A stretch of DNA of 32,000 nucleotides from Desulfobulbus propionicus DSM 2032 (GCF_000186885.1 NC_014972.1:3180001-3212000), one strand, 5' to 3'; counted from the first letter of the stretch, positions 20,216 to 30,346 are shown. A program made the numbers and translations. The notes: generated from the sequence alone by a model not told the origin.

Positions 20216-20438
20216 GTTCCCTTCTCTTTCCTCCCCCTTTTTCCCTCGACACTGAGTACAATTTTTTTAACCACTCTTTGTCTGTTGAATTGACATTCAA
20301 AAAACGACACGTTAAGGTTCTTCGCAATTAAGAGTGTTATTCATTGCCGCCAGGTGTTTTTTTCTTCCGATTGATTCAGCTCGGGGGGAACAACCGCCGG
20401 GGTATATTCCAGGGCATCAACGAACAGGAGGGAGAGGA

Positions 20439-21992
20439 ATGGTCAAAAAATTTTCCATGCTGGTCGTGGCAGGGTTGATCGCGCTACCCACACTCGCGTC
20501 CGCCGGTGGCGGCAAAAGCAATGCTGATCTGGAGCAAAAAATTGAGGAATTGTCGCGGCAGCTCGATGAGCTGAAAGCCCAGATGGCCAAGCAGAACGAA
20601 ACCATCACCGAAACCAGCGGCAAGGTCGACGACATGGACACCATGCTCGAGGAAAAATCCGAGCAATGGGATCTTGCATCGCGCTTCCAGTTCGACGGCG
20701 ATTTCCGCGCCCGGGGCGATTATTACAATGCGAGCACGGTGTTTGCAGCTGGAACACCCTTGTTTGACGGATACGACAGTCTCGGTAATCCACAGTTCAG
20801 GCCAGCGGGTGGTGGTCAGGAAAACGACACCATCATGACCAACCGTCTCCGCCTGAATATGCGGGTCAAGGCCACCGAAAACCTGGAGTTCAAAGGCCGG
20901 TTGGCCATGTACAAGGCGTGGGGCATGCAATCCACGCCCGATGGCCTTGGCGGCGGCTTTCCAGTTTTTGACGGCAATACCACCCGTACCCCCGATGACA
21001 GTGCCCTCTATGTCGACCGCGCCTTTGTCAACTGGAACAACATCGGCGGCGCTCCGGTTTGGTTTTCGATCGGCCGTCGTCCTACCACCGACGGCCCGCC
21101 CGCGCAACTGCGCATGGGGAACGAGGAACGCATGGCCACACCCGTGGCCTACATGGACTATCCCTTTGACGGCATTTCGCTCGGGTATGCCTATGACTGG
21201 GGGACCGACGCCCTCGGCGAAGGCCGCATTCGCTTCTGTTATGGCCGTGGCTTTGAAAATGGGCTGGAAGACGATACAGGGGCCAGCATCGACGATACCG
21301 ATTTTGCCGGCATTGATTGGGATATCTTGAAACAGGGACCGCGTTTTCTCAACCTCCAATCGTTTGGCGCCTTTAATCTCTTCAACTACCCAACCTTCAG
21401 CAGCGATCTTGTGAACTACGGCGCGCCAAGCGAGTACGGCGCCCAGATCAATCTCGGCAATGTTTACCACACCAGCGCGGTCTATATGGACAAGATCAAC
21501 AACCTGAACTATTTCATCGCTGGTGGCTGGAGCCGTACCGATCCGAACGAGAACGGCATGTTCAATGACTACACCAGCGCGACCCCAAAAAATACCGATG
21601 CGGAAGACGGCTATTCCGTCTATGCCGGCGTACGCTACGACCTGGACAATCTTGGCCTCAAACTCGGCGCGGAATACAACTACGGCTCCCAGTACTGGAT
21701 CGCTTTCTCGCCCGGCCACGACGATCTCTATATGTCGAAACTGGCCACCCGGGGCAGCGCCTACGAACTGTATATGATTTACGATTTACCCACCGGTGAG
21801 GCGATCTCGAAATATGCGCAGACCTTCATCCGTCTGGGGTGGCAGTACTATGATTACAACTATTCCGGCGGATTTGATTGGAACCTCAAGCCGTACGATT
21901 TGGATGACGAAAAAATGCAAATGCAGATGATGGGCCTGGATCCGGTTGAGAGCGCCAATCAGGTCTATCTCACCTTTGAGGCCTACTTCTGA
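20439..21992 (+). CDS. Outer-membrane porin-like beta-barrel protein with N-terminal coiled coil (DUF3373-like)
   Basis: Signal peptide MVKKFSMLVVAGLIALPTLASAGGG, coiled coil LEQKIEELSRQLDELKAQMAKQ, amphipathic beta-strand-rich body, terminal aromatic VYLTFEAYF. GGGAGAGG Shine-Dalgarno before ATG 20439. Confidence 0.75.
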   Translation: MVKKFSMLVVAGLIALPTLASAGGGKSNADLEQKIEELSRQLDELKAQMAKQNETITETSGKVDDMDTMLEEKSEQWDLASRFQFDGDFRARGDYYNASTVFAAGTPLFDGYDSLGNPQFRPAGGGQENDTIMTNRLRLNMRVKATENLEFKGRLAMYKAWGMQSTPDGLGGGFPVFDGNTTRTPDDSALYVDRAFVNWNNIGGAPVWFSIGRRPTTDGPPAQLRMGNEERMATPVAYMDYPFDGISLGYAYDWGTDALGEGRIRFCYGRGFENGLEDDTGASIDDTDFAGIDWDILKQGPRFLNLQSFGAFNLFNYPTFSSDLVNYGAPSEYGAQINLGNVYHTSAVYMDKINNLNYFIAGGWSRTDPNENGMFNDYTSATPKNTDAEDGYSVYAGVRYDLDNLGLKLGAEYNYGSQYWIAFSPGHDDLYMSKLATRGSAYELYMIYDLPTGEAISKYAQTFIRLGWQYYDYNYSGGFDWNLKPYDLDDEKMQMQMMGLDPVESANQVYLTFEAYF

Positions 21993-22067
21993 TCCCTTCC
22001 TTGCGCCTGCATCATCAAGGGAAAGCCGCTCGGCTTTCCCTTTTTTATTCTCACCACCGGAAGCATC

Positions 22068-22898
22068 ATGCGAGCTGAAGATACACCCTTTCCTTTTTAC
22101 ACAAGCAATCTGCTGTCCGTTCCCCATGGGCTGTTCTGTTGTGCGGGCGGCACCAGTGACGCCCCCTTTGCCTCGCTCAACCTCAGCCACTCTGTGGGCG
22201 ATCATCCCGATCGCGTGCGCATCAACCGCGAGCGGGCCAATGACGCCCTTGGCCTGCGGCACCTCATTGCCGTCAAGCAGATCCACGCCGATCAAATACT
22301 CCAGGCCGAGCCGGCCCATATCGGCACCGAGCAGGAGGGATATGACGCCATTATCTCCACCCTCCCGGGCACAGGGGTGCTGATTCAACAAGCCGACTGC
22401 CAGGCGGTGCTGCTTTGGGCCCCGCAGCACCATGTTGTCGCCGCCATCCACTGCGGCTGGCGGGGCAGCGTCCTCAATATCATCGGCAAGACCGTGCGGT
22501 GCCTGAGCGAACAGTACGACGTGCCTGCCGAGAGTCTGCGAGCGGTGATCAGCCCTTCATTGGGGCCATGTTGCGCGGAATTCATCAACTACCGAACGGA
22601 ACTGCCCACCTGGATGCATGCCTACCAGATTCGGCCGTTTTTTTTCGATTTCTGGGCCATCAGCCGGCATCAATTGATCAGCGTGGGTGTGCAGCCGGAT
22701 CATATCGAGACGGCCAACATGTGCACCTGTTGCGACCAGCGATTCTTCTCCTACCGTCGGGCAACAAAATCAGCCCAGGGCATCACCGGTCGCAACGGTT
22801 CAATCATCGGTCTTCCAGCGTCAACCGCCGTTCTGTCGCCTGGCCCTCAAACGAGGGACGCCGCTCAAAAGGTGAAATCGCAGATCAAGGGAGCGTGA
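22068..22898 (+). CDS. pgeF: Laccase-domain protein / peptidoglycan editing factor PgeF (YfiH family)
   Basis: 276 aa; VKQIHADQIL, ADCQAVLLWAPQHHVVAAIHCGWRGSVLNIIG, SPSLGPCCAEF. Confidence 0.88.
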   Translation: MRAEDTPFPFYTSNLLSVPHGLFCCAGGTSDAPFASLNLSHSVGDHPDRVRINRERANDALGLRHLIAVKQIHADQILQAEPAHIGTEQEGYDAIISTLPGTGVLIQQADCQAVLLWAPQHHVVAAIHCGWRGSVLNIIGKTVRCLSEQYDVPAESLRAVISPSLGPCCAEFINYRTELPTWMHAYQIRPFFFDFWAISRHQLISVGVQPDHIETANMCTCCDQRFFSYRRATKSAQGITGRNGSIIGLPASTAVLSPGPQTRDAAQKVKSQIKGA

Positions 22899-23596
22899 TC
22901 CGAGTAGGTCACGCTGGGGATGTGGAAATGCACCACCTTGAGCTCCGGACTGTGGAGAATGAAATCCAGCTCCCGTTTTGGAGCCCGACTGGGATAGGAG
23001 GGTTTTTTCTCGGGATTGGCGCTGATCAAACCGGTGGCGCCGAGAAAGAGTTCAAGTTCGCGCATCCCCCAGAGCACATTGAAATCTCCCGCCAGTATCA
23101 TCGGCCGGTCAACCTGGCGGATCAATTTGTAGAGGCGTTCCAGCTGATACTGGCGGTTGCGGTAGGTCAGGGAGAGGTGAACCAGGAAAATGGTCAGCCG
23201 CTCGGTGCATACCTGGATCACCAACCGTTTCACCCCTTCGTCGAAATAGTGAAAGCGGTGGCTGATGATCGGCATCCGGGTCAGCACGGCATTGCCCTGG
23301 GTTTTGAGCAACGGCAGGCGTTTGGCCATGGAAGCCGATCCATATTTGGTCTCGATCACATGGTAATACCCGAGTTGATCGGCGAGCATCTCTGCCTGGC
23401 ACAGCTGATCGGTGCGGAAGGAACCGCCATCCACCTCGACCAGCCCCATCACGTCCGGCTGAACCGATCGGATGAATTCCCTGATCTTGCTGAAATTATC
23501 ATGCGAATGTCGCAGGTAGCCCGCGTAGGGAAACGGAAAGTGAAACCGGCTCCCATGCCCCGCGGCATAGCGAATGTTATAGAGTAAAAAGCGCAA
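22865..23596 (-). CDS. Endonuclease/exonuclease/phosphatase family protein
   Basis: 243 aa; LLYNIRYA, DVMGLVEVD, LTIFLVHLSL, ILAGDFNV, LDFILHSPEL, SDHAPLICDF. TTG start. Confidence 0.88.
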   Translation of the reverse strand: MRFLLYNIRYAAGHGSRFHFPFPYAGYLRHSHDNFSKIREFIRSVQPDVMGLVEVDGGSFRTDQLCQAEMLADQLGYYHVIETKYGSASMAKRLPLLKTQGNAVLTRMPIISHRFHYFDEGVKRLVIQVCTERLTIFLVHLSLTYRNRQYQLERLYKLIRQVDRPMILAGDFNVLWGMRELELFLGATGLISANPEKKPSYPSRAPKRELDFILHSPELKVVHFHIPSVTYSDHAPLICDFTF

Positions 23597-23613
23597 TCCG
23601 CAGCCTCCGTTCC

Positions 23614-25008
23614 CTACTCACGCGGCCGCCGGAGTCCAAACACCCCCTGCGCTGCGCTGCTGAAGGCCGGGTTCAATCCACCCCGGCCCCGCGTCCGTGA
23701 TTCGCCGTTGCCCTCGTGCACCGGACTCAGCACCTCGACCGCCTCCTCGGGCGGCTTATCGACAACAAACCGTTCCGGCTTGAGCGCGGCAATACCCTGT
23801 GATTCGAGATAGATATCGTAAAAGCGGGAGCAGTCGCGGTAGTAGCTTTTTCGCTTCAGCCACTTGGGATCGCCCCCCTGAACACGGGCATGATGAAAAG
23901 TCGACAGATTGATCAACAGGGTCGTTATCGCCTCCTTGGCCATCCGCTGCACATTGAACGGCTCGCCAAAATAACGGTCGACATCCTCCTTGATCATCCG
24001 CGACAGACGATGGAACGCCTGGCCACGCACGTTTGTTTCGGGCAAATTGAAGCGCTGGCAGGCCCACGGCAGCAGCAGGGTGGCCAGCAGGAGGGATTCC
24101 GGAATCTTTACTGGTTCATCCTCGCCCCCGCGGGCGTGGAGACGATCAAGCACGGTGAAGATATTGAGCAGCTCCTGGCGGATCCTCTCCCCATCCCCCC
24201 CCTGCAGGGCATCGGCATACAGCGGGAACAGGGCGGCCCACAGCGAAGAGGTCATGCACAGTTCGGCCCAGGGGCGGCTTGCGCCGGACTGGAGATCCTT
24301 CAGGACCTCGTCGCGGATTCGCGAAGGCGGACAGAGGAGCAATTTTTCCCGGTGCCGCCGCAGAGCGGCAAAGGTATCATCCTCAATGGAAAACCCGGTG
24401 CGGGCCGCATGCCGCACCACCCGCATCATCCGCACGGGATCGCGGGTGAACCGTCGATCCGGATCGCCGACGACGCGGATGATTCCGTCATCCAGATCAC
24501 GGACCCCGCCGGTGTAGTCGATGATGGTGTGGTTTTCGATCTCGTAGAACAGGGCATTGATGGTCAGATCGCGGCGAAAGGCATCTTCTTCCAGGGTGCC
24601 GAAGGTGTTGTTGGACGGCAGCACCGCATCGTCGCCATCGATATCGAACTCGCTGCTGGAGCGCAGCGTGGAAACCTCGATGATCTTGTTGCCACGAAAA
24701 AAGACTTGCACCAAGCGAAACCGGCGGCCGATGGTCCGGCTGTTGCGAAACAGCTGCCGCAGCTGCCCCGGTCGGGCATCAGTGGAGATGTCGAAATCCT
24801 TGGGCGTTCGCCCAAGGTACAAATCACGGACACCGCCGCCCACCAGATATCCCTTGAACCCGGCATCCCGAAGACGGTACAGAACCTTCAGCGCCTCGCG
24901 ATCCAGCAGATGTTCGCGGATGGGGTGTTCCGATTCGGGAATGATGATGGCGGATACCGCCGCTCCCTTTTCCGGAGCGGCGTGTTGCTCCTGGGTTTCA
25001 GCTGTCAT
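23614..25008 (-). CDS. pcnB: Poly(A) polymerase / CCA-adding-type nucleotidyltransferase, PcnB-like
   Basis: FKGYLVGGGVRDLYLGRTPKDFDISTDARPGQLRQLFRNSRTIGRRFRLVQVFF, RRDLTINALFYE. Start at ATG 25008 or TTG 25032. Confidence 0.9.
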   Translation of the reverse strand: MTAETQEQHAAPEKGAAVSAIIIPESEHPIREHLLDREALKVLYRLRDAGFKGYLVGGGVRDLYLGRTPKDFDISTDARPGQLRQLFRNSRTIGRRFRLVQVFFRGNKIIEVSTLRSSSEFDIDGDDAVLPSNNTFGTLEEDAFRRDLTINALFYEIENHTIIDYTGGVRDLDDGIIRVVGDPDRRFTRDPVRMMRVVRHAARTGFSIEDDTFAALRRHREKLLLCPPSRIRDEVLKDLQSGASRPWAELCMTSSLWAALFPLYADALQGGDGERIRQELLNIFTVLDRLHARGGEDEPVKIPESLLLATLLLPWACQRFNLPETNVRGQAFHRLSRMIKEDVDRYFGEPFNVQRMAKEAITTLLINLSTFHHARVQGGDPKWLKRKSYYRDCSRFYDIYLESQGIAALKPERFVVDKPPEEAVEVLSPVHEGNGESRTRGRGGLNPAFSSAAQGVFGLRRPRE

Positions 25009-25062
25009 GCAATCCAAGCGACAGGGGAACAATGATAGAGGGCCAAAACAGCGCGTTCCGCA

Positions 25063-26040
25063 TCAATACTGAACGGCCTTTTCCTTGTAGACCGATTCCG
25101 CTGCCTGGACAAACTGGTTGAAGATCTCTTGCACCGAGAGAATCTCCTTCATTTTAAAGGTGTTGGCCCCGGAAAAAACCAACCCGTTCTCCACATCGCC
25201 GTCGTGGGCAGCCCGCAGCCGCTCGCTGATGCAGTATTTGTAGCTGCACTTTTTCAGGCACTTGAACAGGCACGACTTGGCGGAAATATCGTCGCCATTG
25301 AGCATCTTTTCCACGAAGGGGGTTTTGACCGCTCTTCCCGGCATGCCGACCGGCGAGGAAACAAGAACAATATCCTCTTGCTTGGCCTTGAGAAAGGCCT
25401 CCTTGAACTTCTCGGAAACCGAGCATTCCTTGCTGAGGACAAAGCGGGAAGCGATCTGAACGCCATCGGCACCGTATTTATCCATCATTTCAGCCATCTC
25501 AAAACCGTTGGTGATTCCACCGGCGGCAATCAGCGGGATCTTGGACACCACCTTACGGATAGAGGGGAAGAGTTCGCGCAACGGGGTTTCGGTCCCGAGG
25601 TGACCGCCGGCCTCCGTGGCCTCGACGATGATGGCAGCCGCCCCCAGTTTCTCGGCCAATTTGGCCAAGCCCGGCGAGGAAACGATTGACACGATCGGTA
25701 TGTTGAATTTGGCGCCGATTTTGAAAATATCGCGGGAAAAACCTGCTCCCGTGATGATCATGTCGGCCCCGGCCTCGATGGATCCCATGACCAGATCATA
25801 GAAATCCTTCATGGCATACATGATATTGACCGCAATCACCCCTTTGGTGGCCTTTTTGGCCTTGCGGATATCCTCCTGCAGTTCAGGAACCGGGATTCCG
25901 GAACCACCGATGGTACCGATCCCGCCACATTCGGCCACCGGCACCGCCAGAGCGGACGTGGAAACCCGGATGGACATGCCGCCCTGGATAATGGGAATTT
26001 TCGCGATGAGCGAACCTATTTTTAGTTCTGGCAGTTTCAT
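25063..26040 (-). CDS. Nitronate monooxygenase / 2-nitropropane dioxygenase-like flavoprotein
   Basis: 325 aa; IPIIQGGMSIRVSTSALAVPVAECGGIGTIGGSG, EATEAGGHLGTETP, PLIAAGGITNGFEMAEMMDKYGADGVQIASRF. Confidence 0.88.
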   Translation of the reverse strand: MKLPELKIGSLIAKIPIIQGGMSIRVSTSALAVPVAECGGIGTIGGSGIPVPELQEDIRKAKKATKGVIAVNIMYAMKDFYDLVMGSIEAGADMIITGAGFSRDIFKIGAKFNIPIVSIVSSPGLAKLAEKLGAAAIIVEATEAGGHLGTETPLRELFPSIRKVVSKIPLIAAGGITNGFEMAEMMDKYGADGVQIASRFVLSKECSVSEKFKEAFLKAKQEDIVLVSSPVGMPGRAVKTPFVEKMLNGDDISAKSCLFKCLKKCSYKYCISERLRAAHDGDVENGLVFSGANTFKMKEILSVQEIFNQFVQAAESVYKEKAVQY

Positions 26041-26151
26041 TCAAGCCTCTTGATCAAGTGTTGCTTTCGGAATTATATGGAAAATGCGCCCGTTGGCGCA
26101 AAAAAGCCATGCTTTTACAACAAAAAAAGAATGCCGAGATCCCTGGTGTTT

Positions 26152-26172
26152 GTCAAGCCCTGGGGGCTTGAC
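26152..26172. repeat. Perfect inverted repeat GTCAAGCCCtggGGGCTTGAC in the divergent intergenic region
   Basis: 9-bp arms, 3-nt loop, between divergent genes at 26040(-) and 26328(+). Confidence 0.85.
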
Positions 26173-26222
26173 GGAAAAAATGAATATGAAAAGTTATTCT
26201 ACCATAATATGACCACATCGGC

Positions 26223-26252
26223 TTGACTTTTCACCTCTTTTACGAGTACATT
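26223..26252 (+). promoter_or_regulatory. Candidate promoter for hisS-aspS
   Basis: TTGACT (26223-26228), 18-nt spacer, TACATT (26247-26252). Confidence 0.3.
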
Positions 26253-26327
26253 TATTATTTTTTGTCGACCTTCTCAGTCGCATCGGGTTGCGCACAGCGC
26301 ACCCTTCGAGATACATTGGAGTTTTAA

Positions 26328-27602
26328 TTGAAGATTCAAGCAATTAACGGTTTCAAGGATATCCTGCCGGATACGGCGGTGCGATGGCGCCACATCGAGC
26401 AGCGCGCCCGCGATATCTTCGAGCGCTTCGGCATGCGTGAAATCCGCACGCCGATCATGGAAAAGACCGAACTCTTCGTGCGCTCCATCGGTGAAGCCAC
26501 CGACGTGGTCGAAAAGGAAATGTACACCTTTATCGACAAGGGCATCACCATGCGGCCCGAGGCCACGGCGTCGATCATGCGTGCCTTCATCGAACACGGC
26601 CTCCATGTCCAGCAGCCGATCCAGCGGCTCTATGCCATCGGCCCCATGTTTCGCCATGAACGGCCGCAAAAGGGGCGGTTGCGCCAATTCCATCAGCTGG
26701 ACGCCGAAATCATTGGCGCGGTGGAGCCACGGGTGGACGCCGAATTGATTGCCATGGGCCAGATGCTGCTCGACGAACTCGGCCTTTCGGTCAGCCTGGA
26801 ACTCAATTCCTTGGGTTGCCCTATATGTCGCCCCCCCTTCAAGCAACGACTGGTCGCCTTTCTTGAACAAACCAGCGAGGGGTTGTGCGAGGACTGCAAG
26901 CGCCGCACCCAGACCAACCCCCTGCGCGTACTGGACTGCAAGAAACCAACCTGCCGTGCCTTGGTCAAGGATGCGCCGTCCCTGCTCGATGCCCTCTGTC
27001 CCGACTGCGACCGCCACTTCCAGGAAGTCCAAGGAGCGTTGCAGGGGCTGGAGATCCCCTTTAGGCTCAACCCGTTCATGGTTCGAGGACTTGACTACTA
27101 CACCCGCACCACCTTCGAATTTCTCACCACCGACCTGGGGGCGCAGGCGGCGGTGGGCGCAGGCGGTCGTTACGATGGCCTGATTGAAGAACTGGGCGGC
27201 CCTCCGCTGTCTGGCATCGGTTTCGCCATGGGGCTGGAACGCATCGCCCTGCTGCTCGAACAGCGGCCGGAGGGTGAACAGCCGACCGACACCACGGATA
27301 TTTTCATCGCCGCCCTCGGCCAAGCCACCCTTGCACCCTGCAGCCAATTGGCGCACGGGCTGCGCAAGCAGGGAATCAGGGTGGGGATCGATTACAGCGG
27401 GCGCGGCCTCAAAGCATTGCTCAAACAAGCGGCACGGATCAATGCCCGCTTTACCTTGATCGTCGGTGATGACGAATGGGCGAGCCAGCAAGGCATCCTC
27501 AGAAACATGACGACCCAGGAACAGCAACCTGTTGCCCTGGTCGGCACCACGGACGAACTCAGCCGACGGTTGGCGGAACATTTGCAGGTATTAAGACACT
27601 GA
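26328..27602 (+). CDS. hisS: Histidine--tRNA ligase
   Basis: 424 aa; GFKDILPD, TPIMEKTELFVRSIGEATDVVEKEMYTF, RPEATASIMRAF, RHERPQKGRLRQFHQLDAE, GLDYYTRTTFE. TTG start with TTGGAG upstream. Confidence 0.97.
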   Translation: MKIQAINGFKDILPDTAVRWRHIEQRARDIFERFGMREIRTPIMEKTELFVRSIGEATDVVEKEMYTFIDKGITMRPEATASIMRAFIEHGLHVQQPIQRLYAIGPMFRHERPQKGRLRQFHQLDAEIIGAVEPRVDAELIAMGQMLLDELGLSVSLELNSLGCPICRPPFKQRLVAFLEQTSEGLCEDCKRRTQTNPLRVLDCKKPTCRALVKDAPSLLDALCPDCDRHFQEVQGALQGLEIPFRLNPFMVRGLDYYTRTTFEFLTTDLGAQAAVGAGGRYDGLIEELGGPPLSGIGFAMGLERIALLLEQRPEGEQPTDTTDIFIAALGQATLAPCSQLAHGLRKQGIRVGIDYSGRGLKALLKQAARINARFTLIVGDDEWASQQGILRNMTTQEQQPVALVGTTDELSRRLAEHLQVLRH

Positions 27603-27703
27603 CCGCACTTTCCGGCCTTTCCCCTAAACGAACAAACAGGCTGCCGGCGTCGCATTTTCCGGTTCGGTCTAACGACGGAACCGCTCATCTTTGGAGAATA
27701 ACT

Positions 27704-29488
27704 ATGGAATCAATGGGAGCGCTCCGGCGCACACATACCTGCAACGAACTGGGTCTCGATTTTCTTGACCAGGAAACCACCCTCATGGGTTGGGTTCTGC
27801 GCCGCCGCGACCATGGCGGGGTCATCTTTATCGATCTGCGCGACCGCTGGGGCATCACCCAGGTGGTGTTCAACCCGGAGATCAACCCGGCAGTCCATGC
27901 CAAGGCCCATCAGCTGCGCAGCGAGTGGGTCATCGCCGTCCGCGGCCGAGTGGCCAAGCGGCCGGAGTCCATGGAAAACCCCAAACTCGCCACCGGTGCC
28001 ATCGAGATTCTGGTGGATGAACTGCGCATTCTCAACACCAGCGAAACCCCACCCTTCCCCCTGGACGAAGATGTCGAGGTCTCGGACACCCTGCGCCTCC
28101 AGTACCGTTACCTTGATCTGCGCCGCCCTGAGATTGCCAAGAATCTCATCCTCCGTCACCAGGCCCTACAGACGGTGCGCACCTATCTCAACGACAACCA
28201 GTTCCTGGAAATCGAAACCCCGATGCTCACCCGCTCCACCCCCGAAGGGGCCAGGGACTATCTGGTGCCGAGCCGGGTCCATGCTGGCAAGTTTTTTGCC
28301 TTGCCGCAGTCCCCGCAGCTGTTCAAGCAGATCTTGATGGTCGCGGGCATGGACCGCTACTATCAGATCGTCAAATGTTTCCGCGACGAGGACCTGCGCG
28401 CCGACCGGCAGCCCGAGTTCACCCAGATCGATATGGAGTTGAGCTTCATCACCGAAGAGGAGATCATCACCATTGTCGAGGGCATGATCAAGGCCCTGTT
28501 CAAGGAGATCCGCGATCTTGACCTGCAGCCGCCCTTCAACCGCATGACCTACGACGAGGCCATGCGCCGCTTCGGCACCGACCGGCCCGACACCCGTTTT
28601 GGTCTGGAACTGGTCGACCTCACCGAGACCCTGCGCGGCTGCGGCTTCAAGGTGTTCAACACGGTGATCGACAAGGGCGGGATGGTCAAGGCGATCAACG
28701 CCAAGGGCTGCGGCGCTTTCTCCCGCAAGGATCTGGACGATCTCACCGAATATGCCGGCCGTTTCGGTGCCCGCGGCATGGCCTGGATCAAAGTCAAGGA
28801 AGACGAATGGCAGTCACCGATCACCAAATTCTTCACCGAGGACGAGATCAAGGCCATGGCCCAGGCCTTGGATGCCCAACCCGGCGACCTGATCCTCTTC
28901 GGTGCCGACACAGCCAAGACCGTGCACCAAGTCCTCTCCGAACTGCGGCTTGAGTTGGCCCGGCGACTCGGCCTGATCCAGGGCGACAGCTTCAACTTTC
29001 TCTGGGTCACTGATTTTCCCCTCCTTGAGTACGACGAGGAACAAAAACGCTACACCGCCGTGCACCACCCGTTCACCGCGCCCAACGAAGCACAGTTGGA
29101 GCTGCTGGAAACCGATCCCGGCGCGGTCAAGAGCCGAGCCTATGACCTGGTACTCAACGGCAACGAGATCGGCGGCGGCTCGATCCGCATCCACAGCCCC
29201 CTGATGCAGAAGAAGGTGTTCAAGGCCCTGGGCATCGAGACCGAGGAGGCCCAGGAAAAATTCGGCTTCCTTCTGCGCGCCCTGGAACTCGGCGCCCCGC
29301 CTCACGGCGGCATCGCCTTTGGCGTCGACCGGCTGATGATGCTGCTCACCGGTTCCACCTCCATCCGGGACGTCATCGCCTTCCCCAAAACGCAGAAAGC
29401 CACCTGCCCGCTCACCGAAGCACCTTCGTCGGTGGCGCGCAAGCAGTTGACCGAACTGCACCTGCAACCGGACTGGAAGGAAAAATAA
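27704..29488 (+). CDS. aspS: Aspartate--tRNA(Asp/Asn) ligase
   Basis: 594 aa from ATG 27704; RTHTCNELGLDFLDQETTLMGWVLRRRDHGGVIFIDLRDRWGITQVVF, FLEIETPMLTRSTPEGARDYLVPSR, GGIAFGVDRLMMLLTG. Confidence 0.96.
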   Translation: MESMGALRRTHTCNELGLDFLDQETTLMGWVLRRRDHGGVIFIDLRDRWGITQVVFNPEINPAVHAKAHQLRSEWVIAVRGRVAKRPESMENPKLATGAIEILVDELRILNTSETPPFPLDEDVEVSDTLRLQYRYLDLRRPEIAKNLILRHQALQTVRTYLNDNQFLEIETPMLTRSTPEGARDYLVPSRVHAGKFFALPQSPQLFKQILMVAGMDRYYQIVKCFRDEDLRADRQPEFTQIDMELSFITEEEIITIVEGMIKALFKEIRDLDLQPPFNRMTYDEAMRRFGTDRPDTRFGLELVDLTETLRGCGFKVFNTVIDKGGMVKAINAKGCGAFSRKDLDDLTEYAGRFGARGMAWIKVKEDEWQSPITKFFTEDEIKAMAQALDAQPGDLILFGADTAKTVHQVLSELRLELARRLGLIQGDSFNFLWVTDFPLLEYDEEQKRYTAVHHPFTAPNEAQLELLETDPGAVKSRAYDLVLNGNEIGGGSIRIHSPLMQKKVFKALGIETEEAQEKFGFLLRALELGAPPHGGIAFGVDRLMMLLTGSTSIRDVIAFPKTQKATCPLTEAPSSVARKQLTELHLQPDWKEK

Positions 29489-29503
29489 CCCTTCATTGCT
29501 GAT

Positions 29504-29545
29504 CACCACGCCGGAGCAGACCCTGCATCCCAATTCCGGCGTGGT
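29504..29545. terminator. Putative bidirectional terminator between convergent aspS and bpt
   Basis: CACCACGCCGGA (29504-29515) pairs perfectly with TCCGGCGTGGTG (29534-29545); 12-bp stem with a small nested hairpin in the loop. Confidence 0.6.
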
Positions 29546-29593
29546 GCCTTTCCTCCCATACCCTGCCCCCGCCGTGCGGAGCACAGCCGTTCC

Positions 29594-30331
29594 TCAACCC
29601 TGCTCCCGCCACCTGCCGTCGATCAACAGTTCATGGGGCCGAAAGGCCTGCTTGTAGCCCATGCCGGCGTGGCCGTCGATCCAGTAGCCAAGATACAAAT
29701 AATCAATGCCGCGGGTGGCGCAGATGTGATTGAGGGTCAGGATGTTCAAGGTGCCTGGGCTGCGCCATCCTTGCTGCGGATCGAAATAGAAATAAACCGC
29801 GTTGAGCCAGGCGGGCGCCGCATCGACCACCGCCACCCCCAGCAGTTGTGTACCCACTCGGTAGCGGATCTCGAAACAGCGGCTGATGGTAGTGATAAAA
29901 AAGCCGGTATAATAGCTGTCGGCGCTGCTCCGCCCTTCGGGAAAGCGGGTAGAGAGAAAGCGCTGCAACAGCGCCAGGTTTTCCTTGGACATGGTCAGGG
30001 GGGCGATCTCCACCGCCACATCCTGATTCTTTTTCCACACCCGCCGCTGGTTGCGGTTGGGACAAAGCCGGTCCGGACGGATGCGAATGGGCACACACTG
30101 CCTGCATTCCGGACAGTGCATGTTGTACATGCAGTTGCCGTTGCGGCGGTACCCGTAGGCCAAAAAATCGCCCATGGTGGCATCGTCGATCGGGGCAAGG
30201 ATCGCCTGGTGGTACACCGCCTTGGTGCCCATGCCATACGGGCAGTCGGCGGCGGTGTGGATGAAGAATTGCCGCAACTCTCTGGCAAGGCTCGGCGGGA
30301 TATCGTCCTGCCTATCGTTTCGACCGGTCAT
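29594..30331 (-). CDS. bpt: Aspartate/glutamate leucyltransferase / arginyltransferase (Bpt/Ate family)
   Basis: 245 aa; CPYGMGTKAVYHQAILAPID, YRRNGNCMYNMHCPECRQCVPIRI, YYTGFF, LYLGYWIDGHAGMGYKQAFRPHELL. Confidence 0.88.
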   Translation of the reverse strand: MTGRNDRQDDIPPSLARELRQFFIHTAADCPYGMGTKAVYHQAILAPIDDATMGDFLAYGYRRNGNCMYNMHCPECRQCVPIRIRPDRLCPNRNQRRVWKKNQDVAVEIAPLTMSKENLALLQRFLSTRFPEGRSSADSYYTGFFITTISRCFEIRYRVGTQLLGVAVVDAAPAWLNAVYFYFDPQQGWRSPGTLNILTLNHICATRGIDYLYLGYWIDGHAGMGYKQAFRPHELLIDGRWREQG

Positions 30332-30346
30332 TCTGGATTCCTCTCC

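Noticed and set aside
20484-21719. 411-aa minus-strand ORF opposite the porin-like gene
   Set aside because: Antisense shadow; the plus strand has a signal peptide, coiled coil and beta-barrel character.
22865-22898. 34-nt tail-to-tail overlap of pgeF and the EEP nuclease gene
   Set aside because: Real overlap, but short convergent overlaps are common in compact genomes.
22415-23587. 390-aa plus-strand ORF overlapping pgeF and the EEP nuclease
   Set aside because: Runs out of frame with pgeF and antisense to the EEP nuclease, both of which have clear motifs.
28814-29584. 256-aa minus-strand ORF opposite the end of aspS
   Set aside because: Antisense to the conserved aspS C-terminal half.
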